Source of the DNA: Octopus sinensis
Taxonomy: Eukaryota
DNA: 64,000 nt
Reading direction: 5' to 3'
Assembly (NCBI RefSeq): GCF_006345805.1
Contig: NC_043022.1
Location: 20,584,001-20,648,000 of the forward strand
Part shown: one piece after another, positions 36,775-64,000 of the stretch
Numbering within the stretch: the stretch's first letter is position 1
Layout of the letters: each line of letters begins with the position of its first letter
Notes under the pieces: model-generated
Told to the model about the DNA's origin: nothing
The model's input: the letters and a program-made list of their open reading frames with translations, nothing else
Database searches by the model: none
Made by a program: the position numbers and the translations under genes

Positions 36775-37170
36775 TTTTTTCAAGAAGTGCATGCTCTTTG
36801 GTGTGTTTCCCCAAAGCAATGCCTTCAAGATATCTAGGGGTGTGCCAAACGACGGTAAAATAACCGTTCCTCCACCACAACACATAATAGTGCTAGTCTG
36901 CTTAAAAGGTACAACTCTTTTACCAAACGTATTCATGCCATCTTGATCAAGACGCTTACGCTTTCCCTCTGAGGATTGGCGAAGTCTTGAAGCAATTGTT
37001 TAATTGCTTGTTCCTGGTCTTTTCTTTGTCTCATCTCTCGCTAAGGCAACTCTGGCAGCTTGTCTTTGTCTTGCACCCTTTAAACGTTTTGTCTCTTTCC
37101 CTTTATTTTAACGCTTGGCTCCCGCAGATTGCATTTTCTTGACGTAATTATTCTAACCGTTTTCTCCTCG
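36775..37170 (-). mobile_element. Helitron Rep/helicase N-terminal remnant
   Basis: MCCGGGTVILPSFGTPLDILKALLWGNTPKSMHFL resembles the CC.GKV.LP...LL.G...HFL motif. Confidence 0.55.
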
Positions 37171-37538
37171 CCTCCTGTGACTCATTGGCCCTGCATGCAG
37201 CAGCTCTCCTTCTATAGTTTTCATGTCTTTGCTGTCGCTGTGCAGGGGTCTCTAGTGACCTTACTCTGGCCACCTGTACTCGTCTATGCTTCACTGTAGA
37301 ATACTGATCGTCTACGTCTACATCGTCTCCTCGTGTAGAGAATGAGGACGTTTTTCTCGGAAACTTTTTTGAAAATTAAAATGGGGATTAAATGAAAGAA
37401 AAATGAGTGAAAGTTATGTGGATATATTCACAAAAGTGATTAAAATAAATGGCGATCGTGCAACGCCACACGCATGAATACGCACACACACACATACATA
37501 CATACAGTTTAAGACATCAGCGTCTCTCTCTCACGCTA

Positions 37539-37569
<31 letters not shown>

Positions 37570-38479
37570 TCAACTTCTATAGAAACTTGTTTACTCTCTC
37601 TATTTCTTTCTCTCTTCTCTGCCTTTTTCTCTTTCTGTGTTTCTCTCGCTCACACATATTCTCACTCACGCTCTGTAATAGTTCTCTCTCCCTATCTATC
37701 TATCTCTCTCTCTTTCTCTCTCTCTCTCTAACTCATTCACACATACTATCTGCATTTCTCCCTCTATCGAAAAAACGTTGTGACGAATGAGGAGATGGAA
37801 GAAGAAGTAAAGAGCCACTTCCTCACTTTGCTTCTCCGTTTCTTTCTCTCCCCTCTCACTCCCTCTTTGGCATTATGCACAGACATACAAAGACACAGAC
37901 ATCTACTAATATGTATTTACAGATATAGATATATATACCAACCTACATACATACATACATACATACACATGTATGAGAGAACAATTGTCAATCTTTTGGA
38001 GAAAACAAAGAGAGACTTAGAGGCTTTTTACTATGGGTCTGTAGTTTTATACTTTGTTGAGTAATACCAGTTGACTACGTATGGTTATACAAACACCTAT
38101 AAAACGCACAAAGGTATTTGGTACGTCTTCCATTGTTTATTTATTCATATCCATGTTGCTATTGGCATGGCATTGTTTGGAATGCTGGGCATGTTTCCAT
38201 AGGGTTCCGATCCCTGGTTTACTCCATTTCTGAGAGCTTCAAGTGTGGCAATGATGTGTCTATTAACTCGCTGGGATCTTTGATGTAGATATCGCAAGGG
38301 ACATCGCTCAAGTTGCACTATTTGTCTGTCTATTTACCTATCTATTTGTGTGTCCATCCATCCATCTGCATACATATATACATGTACACACACACATACG
38401 GAAAATATGACATGCCTCTGTGTGTGTGTGTGTGTGTGTGTGTAAATAAACTGTATTTAAAAGCAGCAAAAATATCACA

Positions 38480-38525
38480 AAAACTGTTACTCAGAGTTTC
38501 ACGTTCCCATTCGTCGGACAGTTTT
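38480..38525 (-). ncRNA. Minimal type I hammerhead ribozyme (U4C core variant)
   Basis: Minus strand: AAAACTGT-CCGACGA-ATG(ggaa)CGT-GAAA-CTC(t)GAGTA^-ACAGTTTT; 8-bp stem I, palindromic stem III. Confidence 0.7.
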
Positions 38526-38559
38526 GTCAAGCCGATACATGCTCAGAGGCCTACGCAAA

Positions 38560-38970
38560 GTTGGAGTGGCCGTGTGGTCAGTAGTTTGCTTACGAACCAC
38601 ATGGTTCCAGGTTCACCCCTACTGCGTGGCACCTTGGGCAAATGTCTTCTACTATAGCCTCAGGCCGACCAAAGCCTTCTGAGTGGATTTGGTAGACGGA
38701 AACTCAAAGAAATCCGTCGTATATATATATATATATAAATATATGGGGGGTGTATGTTTGTGTGTCTGTGTTTGTCCCCACCCCCTCAACATCTCTTGAT
38801 AACGGTTGCTGGTGTGTTTACGTCCCCGTCACTTAGCGGTTCGACAAAGGACACCGATATAATAAGTACAAGACTTACAAAGAATAAGTCCTGGGGGTCG
38901 ATTTGCTTGACTAAAGGCGGTGCTCCAGCATGGCCACAGACAAATGACTGAAACAAATAAAAGAATAAAG
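38560..38970 (+). mobile_element. SINE family B
   Basis: Homologous to 14188-14590. Confidence 0.75.
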
Positions 38971-38984
38971 AGTAAAGTGTATGG

Positions 38985-39440
38985 AGAAGAGTGTATGCGC
39001 CGCACACAAGTATATGACTGGTTCAGACGTTTCTAAGATGGCCGAAAAAATGTCGTCAGTGACGAATGTTCTAGGAGATCCGCAACCAGCAGAACTGAGA
39101 AAAACATTGCAGCTGTGAGGGAAAATTGTCGAATCACCATCCGTGAGTTATCAGAGGATGTGTAGATTAGTTACGGATCAGTTCAGTCCATTATCACTGA
39201 AGATTTGGGTATGAGACGCGTGTCTGCAGAGTTTGTGACAAACCTGCTTGTAGCTGACCAAAAGGACACTCGGGTTTCAGTTGCACAAGATCTTGATTGT
39301 GTCGAAAACGATGAAAGTTTTTGGAAACTTTGCGTAGGCCTCTGCGCAGGCATCGCCAAGCTGTTGGCAAAATTTGATGCAGATTCTCAGCACAACTTTC
39401 TCTCTCATGGTCAATACGATGATCGCACGCTATACACGTT
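38985..39440 (+). mobile_element. Internally deleted mariner remnant
   Basis: QVYDWFRRF.DGR...RITIRELSEDV.ISYGSVQSIITEDLGMRRVSAEFV. Confidence 0.8.
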
Positions 39441-39913
39441 ATTTCTAAGCACTGCTGTAAACAGCAGAAGTGAGCTAGAACGTTAAAACTTTGTTGCGCA
39501 TGCACAACCGAGTTCGATGTCCGTCTGAACTAAACAGCTTCACCGTGGGTGCCTTAGTTTCTTTACTATGGCAACAGTCCAGATGCCTATTGATCAAACT
39601 ATGTATGTATTCTCGAGAATGTTTACATGCTTCATCTACATCAGTGCTCTACAACCGGTATATCGTTGAATACTGGTGTGCCACGAGGCTATGCTAAGTG
39701 TGCCGCAGTGAATAATTTTTTTTATACCTTTAGTTATATTTTTAGTTCGGGTGTGCCGCCAAATTTTGAAAACAATATAAGTGTACCACAAGTGAAAAAA
39801 GGCTGCGGAACACTGTCCTAGATAAATCAGCAAAAATACATACGTACACGTAAATTTATATGTATGTATATATGTATGTGAGCTATATATACATACATAG
39901 ATACATACATATA

Positions 39914-39981
<68 letters not shown>

Positions 39982-40543
39982 CTGAAGAAACCCGTCGTGT
40001 ATATATATATATATATCTGTGTGTGGTGTGTGTGGTGTGTATGTCGCCCCCAACATCTCTTGACAACCGATGGTGGTGTGTTTACGTCCCCCATAACTTA
40101 GCGGTTCGACAAAGGATACCGATACAATAAGTACAAGGCTTAGAAAGAATAAGCCCTGGGGTTAATTTGCTTGTCTCGTCCAATATATATATATATATAT
40201 ATATATGAAGTCTGCTTACAATCTAAATTTGCTTTTTATAGAACTCTCTTCGATACTTCATGAGTGTAGCCTTACCCCCTAGGATGTTTGGAAAACTCAT
40301 ATGTGTTTTGGCTGATGAGTACGGGACACTTGTATTTGCTGCATATTTGCAGCTTTTAATAAAGCTGTTCTTCGTATGAAACAATTGTACTGAAAAACTA
40401 ATCCATTCTTGTTGCTTTTTTCTTGTATATATATATATATATATATATCTATATATATATATATTATATATATATATATATTATATATATATATAATATA
40501 TATATATTCATATATGTGTTTTTGTGTGTGCGTATATATATAA

Positions 40544-40603
<60 letters not shown>

Positions 40604-40604
<1 letters not shown>

Positions 40605-41100
40605 GGCGCAGGAGTGGCTGTGTGGTAAGTAGCTTGCTAACCAACCACATGGTTTCGGGTTCAGTCTCACTGCGTGGCATCTTGGGCAAGTGTCTTCTGC
40701 TATAGCCTCGGGCCGACCAAAGCCTTGTGAGTGGATTTGGTAGACGGAAACTGAAAGAAGCCTGTCGTATATATGTATATATATATATGTATGTGTGTGT
40801 ATATGTTTGTGTTTCTGTGTTTGTCCCTCTAGCATTGCTTGACAACCGATGCTGGTGTATTTACGTCCCCGTCACTTAGCGGTTCGGCAAAAGAGACCGA
40901 TAGAATAAGTACTGGGCTTACAAAGAATAAGTCCTGGGGTCGATTTGCTTGACTAAGGGCGGTTCAGCAAAAGTGACCGATAGAATAAGTACTAGGCTTA
41001 CAAAGAATAAGTCCTGGAGTCGATTTGCTCGACTAAAGGTAGTGCTCCAGCATGGCCGCAGTCAAATGACTGAAACAAGTAAAAGAGTAAAGAGTAAAAG
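40604..41100 (+). mobile_element. SINE family B with internally duplicated 3' part
   Basis: Homologous to 14188-14590; gcggttc..cgactaa segment repeated. Confidence 0.75.
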
Positions 41101-41298
41101 AGTAAATCAGTGTGCATGTTGTTCAGTGTGAACCATCTTCTTCAGATCAAGGGACTAACACAATGTTGTTGCTTAGCTCCAGTGAGACCCTGACAGACCC
41201 TGGCCGCAGTCAAATGACTGAAACAAGTAAAAGAGTAAAAGAGTATATAATTCTTTCATATTCTTTATGTCTTTCTCATAACCTCCAACCCCATTAGA

Positions 41299-62952
<21,654 letters not shown>

Positions 62953-63257
62953 AAACATACAATCCACATCATTAAGACAATGAAGCCACAAGATAACATA
63001 TGGTTAATTCAAAACAACGAGAATAAACAAGTGTTATGCATGATCATTGAAACATAGATCTAGCGAGTGAAATGGTGACCATAACAACCACAACCATAAA
63101 CAACATTTAAAAATTGACCAATGAAAATAGTAGCCATACACAGAAAATAGTCTTACTCAAATTTATATGAAACTAGCTTGAAATACCAAAAGGAAACTAC
63201 ACCTGATGATGAAACATGAGAATAAGAATTCAGTTTTATTAAATAATGTGTATATAC

Positions 63258-63457
63258 TCTTTACTCTTTTACTTGTTTTCAGTCATTTGACTGTGGCCAT
63301 GCCGGAGCACCGCCTTTAGTCGAGTAAATCGACCCCGGGACTTATTCTTTGTAAGCCCAGTACTTATTCTATCAGTCTCTTTTGCCGAACCGCTAAGTGA
63401 CGGGGACGTAAACACACCAGCATCAGTTGTCAAGCAATGCTAAGGGGACAAACACAA

Positions 63458-63492
<35 letters not shown>

Positions 63493-63665
63493 CATATATA
63501 CAACAGGCTTCTTTCAGTTTCCGTCTACCAAATCCACTCACAAGGCATTGGTCGGCCTGGGGCTATAGCAGAAGACACTTGCCCAAGATGCCACGCAGTG
63601 GGACTGAACCCGGAACCATGTGGTTAGTTAGCAAGCTACTTACCACACAACCACTCCTGTGCCTA
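63258..63665 (-). mobile_element. SINE family B
   Basis: Reverse-complement copy. Confidence 0.75.
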
Positions 63666-63811
63666 TATATATGAAAGAAGATATATGAAATAGATGTGTG
63701 TGTATGTGTGTGTGTGTGTTTGTGTGCGCGTGAGTGCTTGCGTGTGTGTATGTGAGAGAGAAGAAGAGAGACAGCATAGCGAAAGTTTTGGCTGACTGTC
63801 ATCCTGTACTA

Positions 63812-63861
<50 letters not shown>

Positions 63862-63885
63862 ATATATAATATATATAATATATAT

Positions 63886-63945
<60 letters not shown>

Positions 63946-64000
63946 ATATATAATATATATATATATAATATATATATAATATATATATATATTTATCTAT

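Noticed and set aside
63200-63220. CTGATGATGAAAC as a hammerhead in the CAT-B 3' region
   Set aside because: No stem II and no valid stem III or cleavage site

Overview
Eukaryotic, AT- and microsatellite-rich genomic DNA. The SINE and retroelement families suggest a cephalopod (Octopus); this is inferred, not shown. The window holds two tandem, same-strand (+) paralogs of an SLC7/CAT-family cationic amino acid transporter. CAT-A has coding exons 4-14 at 1635-26589, with its 5' exons upstream of the window. CAT-B has all 14 coding exons at 41299-62952 and would encode 581 aa if a 1-nt deletion in exon 10 is ignored. By hand count the paralogs differ mostly by amino-acid-changing substitutions, and they have unrelated 3' UTRs. 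A ~3 kb segment including exon 6 is repeated on both sides of a 100-N gap, most likely an assembly overlap artefact. Introns and the intergenic spacer are packed with tRNA-derived SINEs, RTE LINE pieces, Penelope-like element (PLE) fragments, and DNA-transposon and Helitron remnants. The least expected layer is a set of type I hammerhead ribozyme (HHR) motifs from several PLE-like repeat families. Some have complete catalytic cores, and several sit in long inverted repeats in introns 9-11 of both paralogs. There is also a 32-bp minisatellite built from the exon 6 splice donor. Nearly all ORFs in the supplied track are microsatellite or SINE noise.
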